Part shown: in pieces, positions 38,048 through 51,795 of the stretch
Numbering within the stretch: the first letter of the stretch is position 1
Layout of the letters: each line of letters starts with the position of its first letter
Assembly: GCF_963921235.1 (NCBI RefSeq)
Contig: NC_086109.1
Span: 6,140,001-6,204,000 of the forward strand
DNA length: 64,000 bases
Direction: 5' to 3'
Origin: Mobula hypostoma
Lineage: Eukaryota
Notes under the pieces: generated by a model
Databases searched by the model: none
What the model saw: only the letters and a program-made list of their open reading frames with translations
What the model was told of the DNA's origin: nothing
Translations under genes and position numbers: made by a program

Positions 38048-41000
38048 CTAAAATGTGTGCAAAAGAGAGAACTCGATTTGTCTGAACAAATGCAAGCAAC
38101 AGAAAGGTAAAACAACATTGCAATAAATCACTAGCACCTTTTAGACTGCTCAATTAAAAATCAGCAGCTCGTTCCATTTTAGGGACAGAAACAATTAAAA
38201 TATTTAAAACACTAACTTGGTTAAGACACCTTAAACAATTAAAAATATTAAAACAAACTCAAGTAATTCTAAAAATGGAAATGATTTCATGCCCTTCCCG
38301 GCTGTTCCACCCTTTCAAATGAATGGGTTCAGTAATCTGTCTGGCACTGATTCGGCAGCATATTCCCAGGCTTATTCACTAACTATTTTAACTCGTATCA
38401 TTTACTGATTCTAAAGCTGAAAGCCCAAATGATTTAAATACACAAAAAATAAAATTGTTCGAAATTTTGGTTTTCTTGATATCAGATGACCGAAAATAGC
38501 CTGTGAATAAAACATAGACCATAAGTTATAGAAGCAGATTTATGCCATATGGCCTGTCTAATCTCCTTCACCATTCAATCATGACTGGTTTATTTTCCCC
38601 CTCAAATCCATTTACTTGCCTTCTTCCCATAACTTTTGACACACTTACAAATCAAGAACCTATCAACCTCCACTTTAAAAATACCCAATGATCTCACTTC
38701 CACAGCCGTCTGTGGCAATGAATTCCAAATTCACCAGAAATTCTGGCTAAAGAAATTTCATCTCATCTCTATTTTAAAGGGGATTCCTTCTATTCTGAGG
38801 CTGTGTCCTCTGGTCCTAGACTCCTCCACTGTAGGAAATATATTTTCCATCCCCACTCTATCTAGCCTTTCAGTATTTGATATGTACATTTCCCTAGAAC
38901 TAATAGTTCACAGTAGGTTTGGTGGTTGTAGACTTGTGTAAGCTGAGAAACTCCTTTAGTCAGTTAATGCCTAGCAAAGCATGCTGGACACTCCTTTTAT
39001 AAAAAATTCCTGAGACTATTTAGACCACACACCTGCCACATGCCTTGCTGAAATCAGCTTTTGCTAAAATAGCAAAGTGCATGGGATATTCTATAATTAT
39101 ATGACAAAATGGAAACCAACCCCCAGTGAGACACAAACACCAGTACAATAATTTAGTTGTCCAGTTATAGCCAAAACGAATATATTTTGATGACTTAAAA
39201 GCAGAATAATGTGGACCCATGCTAGTCGGAAAAATGCCCTTTGTACTAATAATTCACCTAATACATGCAGCAGAGGCCAGTACTTGGGACTGAATTTCAG
39301 GTCACAAATCCAATCAAAATAGCATTATTGTTACATTAGAGTACTGCATCCCTTCACAAATAAAGTCCCTCAAGATCATTTCATAGATACTTCAGAAAAA
39401 AATAAAAAGAGAAAATGTGGTTTGACAGCAGTTTACACATAACGCTCTCAGATAAACATCAGTAGAGTTGGGTTTGAGTAGCAGAGGAGAATTAATTTTA
39501 AATGTGTTAAAAAAAAGTTAAAGTGAAATAGAAGCAACACACACAAAATGCTGGAGGGCCTCAGCAGGTCAGGAAGCATCTGCTAGAGTGAATAAACATC
39601 GACTGTTTATTGCCCTTTATAGACGCTGCCTGAACTGCTGAGTTCTCCAGCATTTTGTGCATGTTCTCTGAATTTCTAGCATCTGCAGCACCTTTCGTGT
39701 TTATAAAGCAAAACAGGAGTTTCTATGTTACTCTCTAGTGGCATCTTGTTTTGGCCCTGACCAAATCTAGTTTACCATAAATCTTTTCACTTCTTCCTCT
39801 CCCACCATCCAAGAACCCAAACAGTACTTCCACAGGAAGTAATAATTCATTTGTTCTCCTTCCAATGTAGTGTACTACATTCAACATTCATAACAAATGT
39901 CTATTCTATATTCTATACTGGAAAAATGAAATGGGGATTAAGCGACAGCTCTGTGGACAACCAGCATTCAGTCCATAATAACAACCCCCAGCTTCCTGTT
40001 TCCCACCACTTTAATTATTATCTCACTCTAGCCCATCTGTGGCCTCACATTGTTCTAACGAGACTCAGAAACAGCACTTCATGCATCATAGACCAGTACA
40101 ACACTGGACAGGCTACTTGGCCCTTAATGTTGTACTAATCGATACTATATGTTCTGTCCTGTGTAGCATCCATATCCTTCCATTCCTTTCATATTCATGT
40201 GCTTCAAACTTCACCAAGCTGCCCTGATTCCATTCCCATTGCTGCCAACCCATTCCAGGTACCTACTGCTCTCTGTATAAAAATCGTGCCCCTTACATTG
40301 CCTTTAAATGTTTTCCCTCTACCCTTAAAATAATGTCCCCTAATACTTGAGATTTCTACTCTGGTAAAAGATTCTGACTGTCTACATTATTTATGCAGCA
40401 TACAATTTAAGAATAACTTCCTCAGCCTCTGACACTCTAGGGAGAATAATCCAAGTTTCTCCAACCTTTCCTGACAGCTCATACCCTCTCATCCAGCTGC
40501 CACGGTAAATTTTGAACACATTTCTCAGTCATCAGTTCGAGCTTCTAGACTACTTGTCCGCCAACTAATCACTGTACACAACTTCTGATCAAATGTCTCA
40601 CCAACTGTTGACTTGAAATTAAGTGAAAAGACTTTGCTCATTTTGTGTTGAAGAGGCGTGGGCAGGATGTGAAAGGATCACCCTAGGTCACCCTGGAGAG
40701 TCCCTCAACCTGTGATATGAGTGTGTGTCTTGAGGTGACATGTCACAACTGATTATCAATGAGTCAGAATTAAACTGGATAAATGCAGCCGTAACAGAGT
40801 CTGGAACATCTCAAAACTTAATCCAATGCACAACTTTTGAGATCAGAATTAGAGCTGATTTCATTGGGAGGGGCTGTTGAGGGGCTACTTCTCCTGGCTG
40901 GAGTGGCCAGACCAGGAACATAGCCTCAGGGTACATGATTAACCACTTCAGAGGAAAAATCTACTCAAATTTCCAAAACTCTGGCACACTCTGCCCTAAA

Positions 41001-41086
41001 ATGTGAATAATTAATGGATAAGCTTGCTTAATAGAGTTACTGATTTCCAAAGAAAGGGGATTAAGGGAAACTGATAGAGAAAATCT

Positions 41087-41460
41087 GGGTGGCGGGGTTG
41101 ATACACGTCTCTATCAAAGGAGGTGTAAGGTGCTCCTTCCCTCCGTTAACCTGCAGATCACCCTTGGGGGAGGTGTAGCACCTGCTTAGCCCTCGATCAG
41201 GGTCATGTGAAGTCATGGGAGCTGGTGAGGGATGGTCATATGAGCAGCTGGTGCGTATCAGAAGTCCTGATTATGTGACCACTGACACCAGGTAGACAAT
41301 CTCTGAAGAGTATTGATAATGGCTGCGATCACCCATCTTGGAAAGACACTGCCCAGAAGAAGGCAATGGCAAACCACTTCTGTAGAAAAATTTGCCAAGG
41401 ACAATCAGGGTCAAAGACCATGATTGCCCACGTCATACAACATAACACATAACAAACAAA
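41087..41460 (+). mobile_element. About 360-bp SINE-like repeat (copy 3)
   Basis: Colinear with 23355-23710. Confidence 0.7.
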
Positions 41461-41962
41461 CGATAGGGAAAATGGAGTGACCAGAGGATTAACATGATCT
41501 GCTTGAAAGGTGGAATAGGCTGCAGAGGGAATATGATCTATTCCTATACTAGATGAAGAGGCAGGTATAAAATCCTCTGCACTTGAATCTACTGACACTG
41601 TTCAGAGTTCATTATCAAAGTGTGTATATGAAATAAAACCTTGAGATCGTCTCCTTACAGGCAGCCACAAAACAATAGATCCATTAAAAAAGGTTGCCAA
41701 AACACCCACTGTGCAAATAAAGAAAACAAAACATGCAAACAATAAAAAGTAATAACATTTAGACCCAAAGTTCACAGTCACAAAGCCATTCAACACTGCA
41801 GCCGGTCCAGGAGTCTGCTAGTTGCAGGCCACAACCTCACAGTTCAGCACAGAGACAAGTCATACTTATATAGTCACTTATATGAACCTGTTGAACCTTA
41901 CAAAATAATTCTAAGATGGCATTATTTCACAGTGCACTAGCACACATTGTCCATACGCTTAC

Positions 41963-42078
41963 CGTTAAGCTACTAAGAGATGGTAACCCCACAGGGCTGT
42001 CTTTTTCAGTGCTTGAAGTTTGGATTTCAGTCTGGTCTACATGCAAGGAAGAGCCATACAAGTCATCCCCAAATTGGG
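41963..42078 (-). CDS. DYRK3: DYRK3 coding exon 2 (116 nt)
   Basis: Bounded by ttccatttgcag| and |GTAAGC; encodes (A)QFGDDLYGSSLHVDQT...SPVGLPSLSSLT; phases 1/0 join exons 1 and 3. Confidence 0.85.
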
Positions 42079-43180
42079 CTGCAAATGGAAAAGACAAAGT
42101 GACACCATTAAATAAAATAAACACCATAAATTTTGCAAGAATTCCAATTATTTTTAATTTAGGAAGTCTTTCAGCAAGGAAGACAAGTGGCTTTTCAAAA
42201 TGCACAATAATTCACACACTGCTCTAATTAAATGAAAACCTTTCAGCAATTCCAGACATTACCCAGTTACAAAAAAAATTGTAAAATTCTCAATGGCAAA
42301 TCAATTTTGTTGTTTCCTGTTTTTCTGGATCAACAATGGGTTGCTCTCCCTGCTTTGAAAGGGTCCATTAGCAAACTCACCGTTCCACTGAGCTTTCGAG
42401 AACAAGAAAATAATACTGATTGAGCTTTGGTTGCATTTATACTCTGCTCCCTAGTGCTGTTACTACTTGCCATCTACTTTACTGAAGCTTAAAAGTGGAG
42501 GTTGGAGTACAAGCTGTGACGAGAATGGCAATTAGTTTAGGAGGCAGGGCCAAGAATGACATTTCAGAAACACAAACTCTTCCAAGAAATAAAACAATAA
42601 AAGACAATAGAAAAATGAATTAAAATGAATTAAAAATTGAATCCATGAACACTACCTCACTACTTTTTCTATTTTTCCCTTTTTTTGCACTATTAGACAC
42701 ACACACACTTTTTACTGTACTTTAGTTTTCATTATGCATTGCAATGTACTGCTGCCCAACAAATTTCATGACAAATGTTAGGGATATTAAACCAGATTCT
42801 GATAAATTTGGAAAAAACAGTAAAAGAATAACTGATCTAGGGGATATGAACAGAGTGCAAGCAATTCTAGTCTTCTGTGGAAATTGAATGACAGGGTTAT
42901 ATTTCCATCTGTAGGTTGAAGTCGCTGCCATTTAACAGTGACGCAAATATGAGTTGAGCAACAGTGGTGGAACATTATTACATAAAATTATTAATTTAAA
43001 TGGGTTCAAACTGCACATTGTAAATTTGATGAAGCAAGTCTATTAACTAGGCTGATCAAGGGTCATATAATCAAAAATCCACTTGCAGGTATACTATTAA
43101 TCATGAGATTTTAAAAACATATTATCACAGTTATGGTTCACTCAACCAGTTAATCTTAGATTCTAGTTCTAGATATAGAG

Positions 43181-43260
43181 CAGGGGTTCCCAACCTGGGG
43201 TCCGTGAACCCCTCAATTAATGATAAGGCTCCATGGCATAAAAAACGTTGGGAACCACTG
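43181..43260. mobile_element. About 80-bp hAT-type MITE (similar copies near 33290, 43372 and 44841)
   Basis: CAGGGGTTCCCAAC...GTTGGGAACCACTG terminal inverted repeats. Confidence 0.7.
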
Positions 43261-43494
43261 ATACAGTCAAACAGCATAGAAGCAGGTCTTTCAACCCAAC
43301 TGGGCCACATCAACAAGATTCTCACCTGAGTTAGTTCCATTGACCCACATTTGGCTCATATACCTCCAAACCAGGGGTTCCTAACCTGGGAACCATAGAC
43401 TGCTTCCTTAATGATAATGGTCCACGGCATAAAAAAAATTAGGAACCCTGCTCTAAGTCTTACCTGTCCAAGGTAGCTCAAGGTTGTTATAGCC

Positions 43495-44048
43495 AGGGGG
43501 TGGTAATAGGGATAAGCTCCCACTACCTATTAAATGCTCCCAAAGGCATTCACCTCAAATAGCTTCTGACAACCAAGTTCAGCTCCTACCCTTCACGTGT
43601 GGCTTAGCTACCAAGCCTGCTGGAACCATTTCCACTGACAGGAGAAGGGGCAAAGGTGGGCTACTGGTGCCTTAAAACCAGTTACTTCGGCCAGATAGGG
43701 CTTGTCAGCCGTGGTTGGCAGCTCATCTAGAAGAAAAGCTTTGATCTCAAATCTCCGCTGCCTTATGGCTATACCCACTTATGGGGAAGGCTTCGGAAGT
43801 AAACCCTGAGGGAAAAATCCAGAGCTGGAGTCCCAAAGGCAGTTCTATGCTGAATGGCAACTTCCAATGATGTTGCTGGTACCAAAATATATTGGTCTAT
43901 GACGTTCCTTTAGGTTCATCAGACGCATTGGGAGGGGGAGCCTGCTACACTGGCCACAGCTTGCTCTCCATATTGTACTGTCCAGGCTTGTGTATCTAGA
44001 CAGCCAGGATGCAAATATCCATGGTCAACTCTGACCGACAGAGGCCCT
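43495..44048 (+). mobile_element. About 550-bp non-autonomous repeat, probably RTE-derived
   Basis: Reverse-complement copy at about 52541-53075 and a fragment at about 26478-26625. Confidence 0.6.
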
Positions 44049-44382
44049 CACCTCAGCCGTCCAAAGGCCTTTCAAATGTTATCAATGTACTTGCCTCAAC
44101 CACGTCCTCTGGTAACTAGTTCCATATATTGACCATCATCACCTCAGTGAAAAAGTTATGCTTTAGGTTTCTACTAAATCTCTCCCCTCACCTTAAACCG
44201 ATGCCCTCTGAGACTTACTTCCACAATGAGAAAAAGACTGTCTTTGTCCTATATATGCCCCACATGATTTTAAACACAAAAACAAACAGATCACTCCTCA
44301 TTCTTCTTCGCTGTAAGTCCAGCCTGCTCAACCTGTCTCCATAATAGTCCCTCAAGTCCCAGCAACACCCTCTGGAGTTGGA

Positions 44383-45325
44383 CCATAAGACATAGGAGTA
44401 CAATTAGACCATTTAGCCCATTGAATATGCTCTGCCACTCCATCATGGTGATTCATTTTCCTTCCCAACCCCATTCTCCAGCCTTCTCCCAATTATGGGC
44501 TTACTAATCAAGAATCTATCAACTTCCTTTTTAAATATAGCCAATAACTTGCTCTCCAAGGTGAACTGTGGCAATGAATTCCAGATTCATCTTCCTTCTC
44601 ATCTCAGTTCTAAAGGGATGTCCTTCTATTCTGAAGCTGTGCCCTCTGGTCCCAGACACCCCCACTATAGGAAACATCCTTTCCCTATCCACTCTATCCA
44701 GGCCTTTCACCAGGTTCCAATGAAATCCCTCATCATCCTTTTAAACTCCAGTGAGTACAGTCCCAGAACATTCAAATGCTCCTTAAATATTAATCTTTTG
44801 TCTTCCTTCCTACTGACAACATGCAAGTTAACATTTAGGGTAGGGGGTTCCCAACCTTTTGGGGGTCCCCATTAAGTAAGGGGTCCGTGAACCCCAGATT
44901 GGGAACTCCTATTTTAGGGAATCATTCACTAGGACTCCCAAGTCCTTTTGTACCTGATTTCTAATTTAGAAAAATAGTCTACACCTTTAATCCTTCACCC
45001 AAAGAACACAACCATTCACTTCCCTACTCTTTACTCCATTTGCCACTTCTTTGTCCATTCAACATGGCCTGTCCCTCCACCTGTCTTTGTATCATCTGCA
45101 AACTTGGGCACAAAGCCTTCAATTCTGTCATGCAGGACATTAATATAAAAAGCAAAGTAATGGACACAACATTGACTTCTGCAGAACACCAGCAGCCAAC
45201 CAAGAATAGAACACTTTGTTCCCAATTGGCCTTCAACCAATTTTCTATCCTTGCTCACAACTTTCCTTTCAGATCATCTTGTTTTGCAGCTTTGTGTTGT
45301 GGCACCTTGTCAAAGGCCTTCTGAA
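44383..45325 (-). mobile_element. Degenerate CR1 fragment
   Basis: Minus-strand KFADDTK...KKWQME and CR1 3' end. Confidence 0.75.
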
Positions 45326-46109
45326 AACATATTACCTGTGCTCAAAGACTGTGAAAGTGAGTGTTTTCATTCATTATGTTGTAAGTAAATCATTTCCTAA
45401 AGTTTTCAGATCCATCAATAGGCAATGACAGCATATGCACAATGTCCACCTGGACAGGCAACCATAGAAACATCTATAATTGTTTATGTCATAAGCATTT
45501 AGTGTCATCGGTCAATGGATTCTATCTTTGTTTTCAAAAACAAATCAGGAATCATGTTCCAACCTTAGAAAAATATAGAATCTGGTCTAACAGACAAAAT
45601 TTAACTGATCTCCTTTGAAAAATAGACATCAATGCCCATTCTTGCTGTCAACATTTCAAAAAATATGATTAACATTAAGAAGTCAGCTGAAAGCATCACT
45701 AGCTGAATGATGTTAACATCTTCTGAGAACAAAGAGTTATGTTAAGTGACAACTACAAAATTAAGTAAAACATCTCATTTAAGGACTATTAGGGAGAGTC
45801 ATCTAATTTTACAAGACTACCTACAATATTCAAGTTAATATGATAACATTCAAACTGATTCCCTGAGATGAAATTTTATTATTCAGTGCACAGGATTATG
45901 AATCAGTTTAACAACTTTTATCTCTAAGATTAGGAAATGCTTAAAGAATTGGGGTGGCATATTGACGCAAGCTAGCAGAGCTATTTCCTCATAGTAACAA
46001 GATATCTGGGGTCAATTTTGACCTCCAGCGTGGTTTGTGTGGAGTTTGCATATTCTCCGTTACCAAGTGGCTTTCCTCCAGGTGCACTGGTTTCCTCCTA
46101 TATCCCAAT

Positions 46110-49100
46110 GATAGAAACATAGAAAATAGGTGCAGGAGTAGGCCATTCAGCCCTTCGAGCCTGCACCGCCATTTATTATGATCATGGCTGATCATCCAAC
46201 TCAGAACCCCACCCCTGCCTTCCCTCCATACCCCCTGACCCCCGTAGCCACAAGGGCCATATCTAACTCCTTCTTAAATATAGCCAATGAACTGGCCTCA
46301 ACAGTTTCCTGTGGCAGAGAATTCCACAGATTCACCACTCTCTGTGTGAAGAAGTTTTTCCAAATCTCGGTCCTAAAAGGCTTCCCCTCTATCCTCAAAC
46401 TGTGGCCCCTCGTTCTGGACTTCCCCAACATCGGGAACAATCTTCCTGCATCTAGCCTGTCCAATCCCTTTAGGATCTTATACGTTTCAATCAGATCCCC
46501 CCTCAATCTTCTAAATTCCAACGAGTACAAGCCCAGTTCATCCAGTCTTTCTTCATATGAAAGTCCTGCCATCCCAGGAATCAATCTGGTGAACCTTCTT
46601 TGTACTCCCTCTATGGCAAGGATGTCTTTCCTCAGATTAGGGGACCAAAACTGCACACAATACTCCAGGTGTGGTCTCACCAAGGCCTTGTACAACTGCA
46701 GTAGTACCTCCCTGCGCCTGTACTCGAATCCTCTCGCTATAAATGCCAGCATACCATTTGCCTTTTTCACCGCCTGCTGTACCTGCATGCCCACTTTCAA
46801 TGACTGGTGTATAATGACACCCAGGTCTCGTTGCACCTCCCCTTTTCCTAATCGGCCACCATTCAGATAATGATCTGTTTTCCTATTTTTGCCACCAAAG
46901 TGGATAACTTCACATTTATCCACATTAAATTGCATCTGCCATGAATTTGCCCACTCACCCAACCTATCCAAGTCACCCTGCATCCTCTTAGCATCCTCCT
47001 CACAGCTAACACTGCCACCCAGCTTCGTGTCATCCGCAAACTTGGAGATGCTGCATTTAATTCCCTCATCCAAGTCATTAATATATATTGTAAACAACTG
47101 GGGTCCCAGCACTGAGCCTTGCGGTACCCCACTAGTCACCGCCTGCCGTTCTGAAAAGGTCCCGTTTATTCCCACTCTTTGCTTCCTGTCTGCTAACCAA
47201 TTCTCCACCCACACCAATACCTTACCCCCAATACCGTGTGCTTTAAGTTTGCACACTAATCTCCTGTGTGGGACCTTGTCAAAAGCCTTTTGAAAATCCA
47301 AATATACCACATCCACTGGTTCTCCCCTATCCACTCTACTAGTTACATCCTCAAAAAATTCTATGAGATTCGTCAGACATGATTTTCCTTTCACAAATCC
47401 ATGCTGACTTTGTCCGATCATTTCACCGCTTTCCAAATGTGCTGTTATCACATCCTTGATAACTGACTCCAGCAGTTTCCCCACCACCGACGTTAGGCTA
47501 ACCAGTCTATAATTCCCCGGTTTCTCTCTCCCTCCTTTTTTAAAAAGTGGAGTTACATTAGCCACCCTCCAATTCTCAGGAACTAGTCCAGAATCTAACG
47601 AGTTTTGAAAAATTATCACTAATACATCCACTATTTCTTGGGCTACTTCCTTAAGCACTCTAGGATGCAGACCATCTGGCCCTGGGGATTTATCTGCCTT
47701 CAATCCCTTCAATTTACCTAACACCACTTCCCTACTAACATGTATTTCGCTCAGTTCCTCCATCTCACTGGACCCTCTGTCCCCTACTATTTCTGGAAGA
47801 TTATTTATGTCCTCCTTAGTGAAGACAGAACCAAAGTAATTATTCAATTGGTCTGCCATGTCCTTGCTCCCCATAATCAATTCACCTGTTTCTGTCTGCA
47901 GGGGACCTACATTTGTCTTTACCAGTCTTTTCCTTTTTACATATCTATAAAAGCTTTTACAGTCCGTTTTTATGTTCCCTGCCAGTTTTCTCTCATAATC
48001 TTTTTTCCCCTTCCTAATTAAGCCCTTTGTCCTCCTCTGCTGAACTCTGAATTTCTCCCAGTCCTCAGGTGACCCACTTTCTCTGGCTAATTTGTATGCT
48101 TCTTCTTTGGAATTGATACTATCCCTAATTTCTCTTGTCAGCCACGGGTGCACTACCTTCCTTGATTTATTCTTTTGCCAAACGGGGATGAACAATTGTT
48201 GTAGTTCATCCATGCAACCTTTAAATGCTTGCCATTGCATATCCACCGTCAATCCTTTAAGTGTCATTTGCCAGTCTATCTTAGCTAATTCATGTCTCAT
48301 ACCTTCAAAGTTACCCCTCTTTAAGTTCAGAACCTTTGTTTCTGAATTAACTATGTCACTCTCCATCTTAATGAAGAATTCCACCATATTATGGTCACTC
48401 TTACCCAAGGGGCCTCTCACGACAAGATCGCTAATTAACCCTTCCTCATTGCTCAAAACCCAGTCCAGAATAGCCTGCTCTCTAGTTGGTTCCTCAACAT
48501 GTTGGTTCAAAAAACCATCCCGCATACATTCCAAGAAATCCTCTTCCTCAGCACCTTTACCAATTTGGTTCACCCAATCTACATGTAGATTGAAGTCACC
48601 CATTATAACTGCTACATACATCAAAGTTGCTGGTGAACGCAGCAGGCCAAGCAGCATCTATAGGAAGAGGCGCAGTTGACGTTTCAGGCCGAGACCCTTC
48701 GTCAGGACTGCTGTTCCTTTATTGCACACATTTCTAATTTCCTGTTTAATACCATCTCCGACCTCACTACTACTGTTAGGTGGCCTGTACACAACTCCCA
48801 CCAGCGTCTTCTGCCCCTTAGTGTTACGCAGCTCTACCCATATCTATTCCACATCTTCCCGGCTTATATCCTTCCTTTCTATTGCATTAATCTCTTCTTT
48901 AACCAGCAACGCCACCCCACCTCCCCTTCCTTCATGTCTATCCCTCCTGAATATTGAATATCCCTGAACGTTGAGCTCCCATCCCTGGTCACCCTGGAGC
49001 CATGTCTCTGTGATCCCAACTATATCATAATCATTAATAACAATCTGCACTTTCAATTCATCCACCTTATTACGAATGCTCCTTGCATTGACACACAAAG

Positions 49101-49205
49101 CCTTCAGGCACTCTTTTACAACTCTCTTAGCCCTTATACAATTATGTTGAAAAGTGGTCCTTTTTAATGCTTGCCCTGGATTTGTCGGCCTGCCACTTTT
49201 ACTTT
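46110..49205 (-). mobile_element. Young CR1 LINE in DYRK3 intron 1, ORF2 largely intact (818-aa open stretch)
   Basis: APE and RT motifs are complete. ORF2 is broken by a stop at 48844 and a Penelope-derived insert. The element splits a V-SINE (45953-46110 and 49404-49580). Confidence 0.95.
48614..48706 (-). mobile_element. Penelope-derived mini-insert with a minimal hammerhead core
   Basis: Minus strand reads agtcCTGACGAagggtctcggcctGAAACGTCaact; TSD ACTGCT at 48608-48613 and 48707-48712. Confidence 0.8.
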
Positions 49206-49944
49206 TCCCCATAATCAATTCACCTGTTTGTCTGCAGGGGACCTACATTTGTCTTTACCAGTCTTTTCCTTTTTACATATCTATAAAAACTTTTACAGTC
49301 CGTTTTTATGTTCCCTGCCAGTTTTCTCTCATAATCTTTTTTCCCCTTCCTAATTAAGCCCTTTGTCCTCCTCTGCTGAACTCTGAATTTCTCCCAGTCC
49401 TCGGGTATGGGTTGGTATGCTAATTGACCACTGTAAATTGCCAGCACAGTGTAGCTGAATGTTAGAATTACTGAGAGAGTTAAGGAGCTCGTGGGGAGAA
49501 TAATGCAGGATATGTGTACAAGGGTTACTTGATGGTTGCCTGGACTCAGAGGACTGAAGGACATATTTCTGTACTCTTATGATGTTCATAGGTTAACTGG
49601 AACAACTTGAGTCTCAACGTAGACAAGACCAAAGTGATGATTGCAAACTTTAGGAAGGCACAGGCTGACCAATCCTCACTGCACATACATGGCTCCTCCG
49701 AGGAGAGGCACCAAATTGCTGCGAGTTTACGTAATGGATGATCTCACCTAGTCCCTCAACACCAACTCTTTGGTCAAGAAAGCACAGCAGCGTCTCCAGC
49801 TCCTGAGGAGTTTGAGATGAGCCAGTTCCCCTCCCACCACAACCATCTTAACCAATTTTTACAGGAGCACCATCAAGAGTGCCCTGACAAGCTGCATCAC
49901 AGTCTGGTGTAGGAATTACAAGATAACTGAACACAAGCCTTAGA

Positions 49945-51795
49945 AACTAAGCTAATAGACTGCAAGGGTAAAGAGATCCTGGTCGGGGTTATATACAGGC
50001 CTCTGAACAGTAGCCAGGATGTGGGCTACAAATTACAGTTGGAGATAGAAAAGTCTTGTCAAAAGGCCAATGTTACGATAATCATAGAGGATTTCAATAT
50101 GCAGGTAAATTGGGAAAATCAGGTTGGTGCTGGATCACAAGAGGGCAAGTTTGTACAATGCCTACAAGATAGGTCTTTAGAGCAGCTCATAATTAAACCC
50201 ACTGGGGGATCAGCTATTCTGGATTGAATGTTTACAACGAATCAGAATTGATTAACAATCTTAAGGTAAAGGAACTCTTAGGAGACAGTGATCATAATAT
50301 GATAGAATTCAATCTACAATTTGAAAGGAAGAAGCTAAACTCAGATATACCAGTGTTACAGTGGAGTATAGGGAATTATAGAGGAATGAGAGGAGCTAAC
50401 CAGAGTTGACTGGAACGGGACACCAGCAGGGATGTTGGCAATGACTAGAATTTCTGGGAGCAATTCAGAAGACAAAGGATAGATACATCCCAAAGAAGTA
50501 GTAGTATTCTAAAGGCAGAATGATGCAACCGTGGCTGACAAGGAAAGTCAAAGCCAACATAAAAGCCAAAGAGAATTCATATACTACAGCAAAAAGTAGT
50601 GGGAAGTCAGATGATTGGAAAACTTTTAAAGAACAACAGAAGGCCACTACAAAAGTCATAAAGAAGAAAAAGATGGAATATCAAAGTAAGCTAGCCAATA
50701 ATATTAAAGAGGATACCAAAAGTTTCTTTAGATATACAAAGAGTAAAAGAGGCGAGAGCAGATACCAGACCGCTGGAAAATGATGCTGGAGAGGTAGTAA
50801 TGGGGGTCAAGGAAATGGCAGATGGACTAAATAAGTATTTTGCATCCGTCTTCACTGTGGAAGACACAAGTAATATGCCACAAGTTTGAGAGGGCCAGGG
50901 GGCAGAAGTGAATGAAGTTGCCATTACTATTACTGGGGAGAGAGTAACACACACAAGATGCTGGAGGAACTCAGCAGGCCAGGCAGCATCTATGAAAAAG
51001 AGTAAACAATTAACATTTCGGGCCAAAATCCTTCATCAGTCCTGATGATTTGGATGATGGAATTGAAGGTTCTGTGGCCAAGTTTGCAGACGATACGAAG
51101 ATAGGTGGAGGGGCAGGTAGCGTTGAGGAAGCAGGGAGGCTGCAGACGGCTTCAGACAGATTAGGAGAATGGGCAAAAAAGTGGCAGATGGAATACAAAG
51201 GTGGGAAATGTATGGTCATGCACTTTGTAAAAGAAATAAATGCATAGGCTATTTTCTAAATGGAAAGAAAATGCAAAAATCCAAGGTATAGAGAGACTTG
51301 GGTTCCTTGCACGTTAATTTGCAGGTGGTGAGGAAGGAAATACAATTTTATTTCAAGAGGACCAGAATATAAAAGCTAAAGCTTTATAAGGCCTCACTTG
51401 GAGTATTGTGAACAGTTTTAGGCTCCTTACTAAGAAAAGATGTGCTGACAATGGAGAGGATTCACGAGAATGATTTCCAGGATGTTTCCTATGGTGGGGG
51501 AGTCCACTACCAGAGGGCACGGCCTCAGAAAGAGGGATGTCCATTTAGAACTGAGATGAGGAGGAATTTCTTTAGACAGAGAATAGTGAATCTGGATCCA
51601 TTGTTACAGGTGGCTGTGGAGACCAAGTCATTGAGCATATTTAAAGCAGAAGTTGGTAAGTTCTTGATTAGTTTGTGCATGAAGGATTATGGGGAGAGAT
51701 TGGGACTGTGAGGGAAATGGATCAGCCAAGATGAAATGGCACAGCAGATTCGATGGTCCAAATGGCCTACTTCTGCTCCTATATTTTGTGGTCTA
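49945..51795 (+). mobile_element. Degenerate CR1 LINE with internal deletion
   Basis: EDFNM, LGDSDHN, QPWLTRKVK and KFADDTK fragments; a Penelope-derived piece at about 50947-51040 sits at the deletion point. Confidence 0.85.

Noticed and set aside
46178..48679. Long plus-strand ORFs (230, 195 and 134 aa)
   Set aside because: Antisense shadows of CR1 ORF2.
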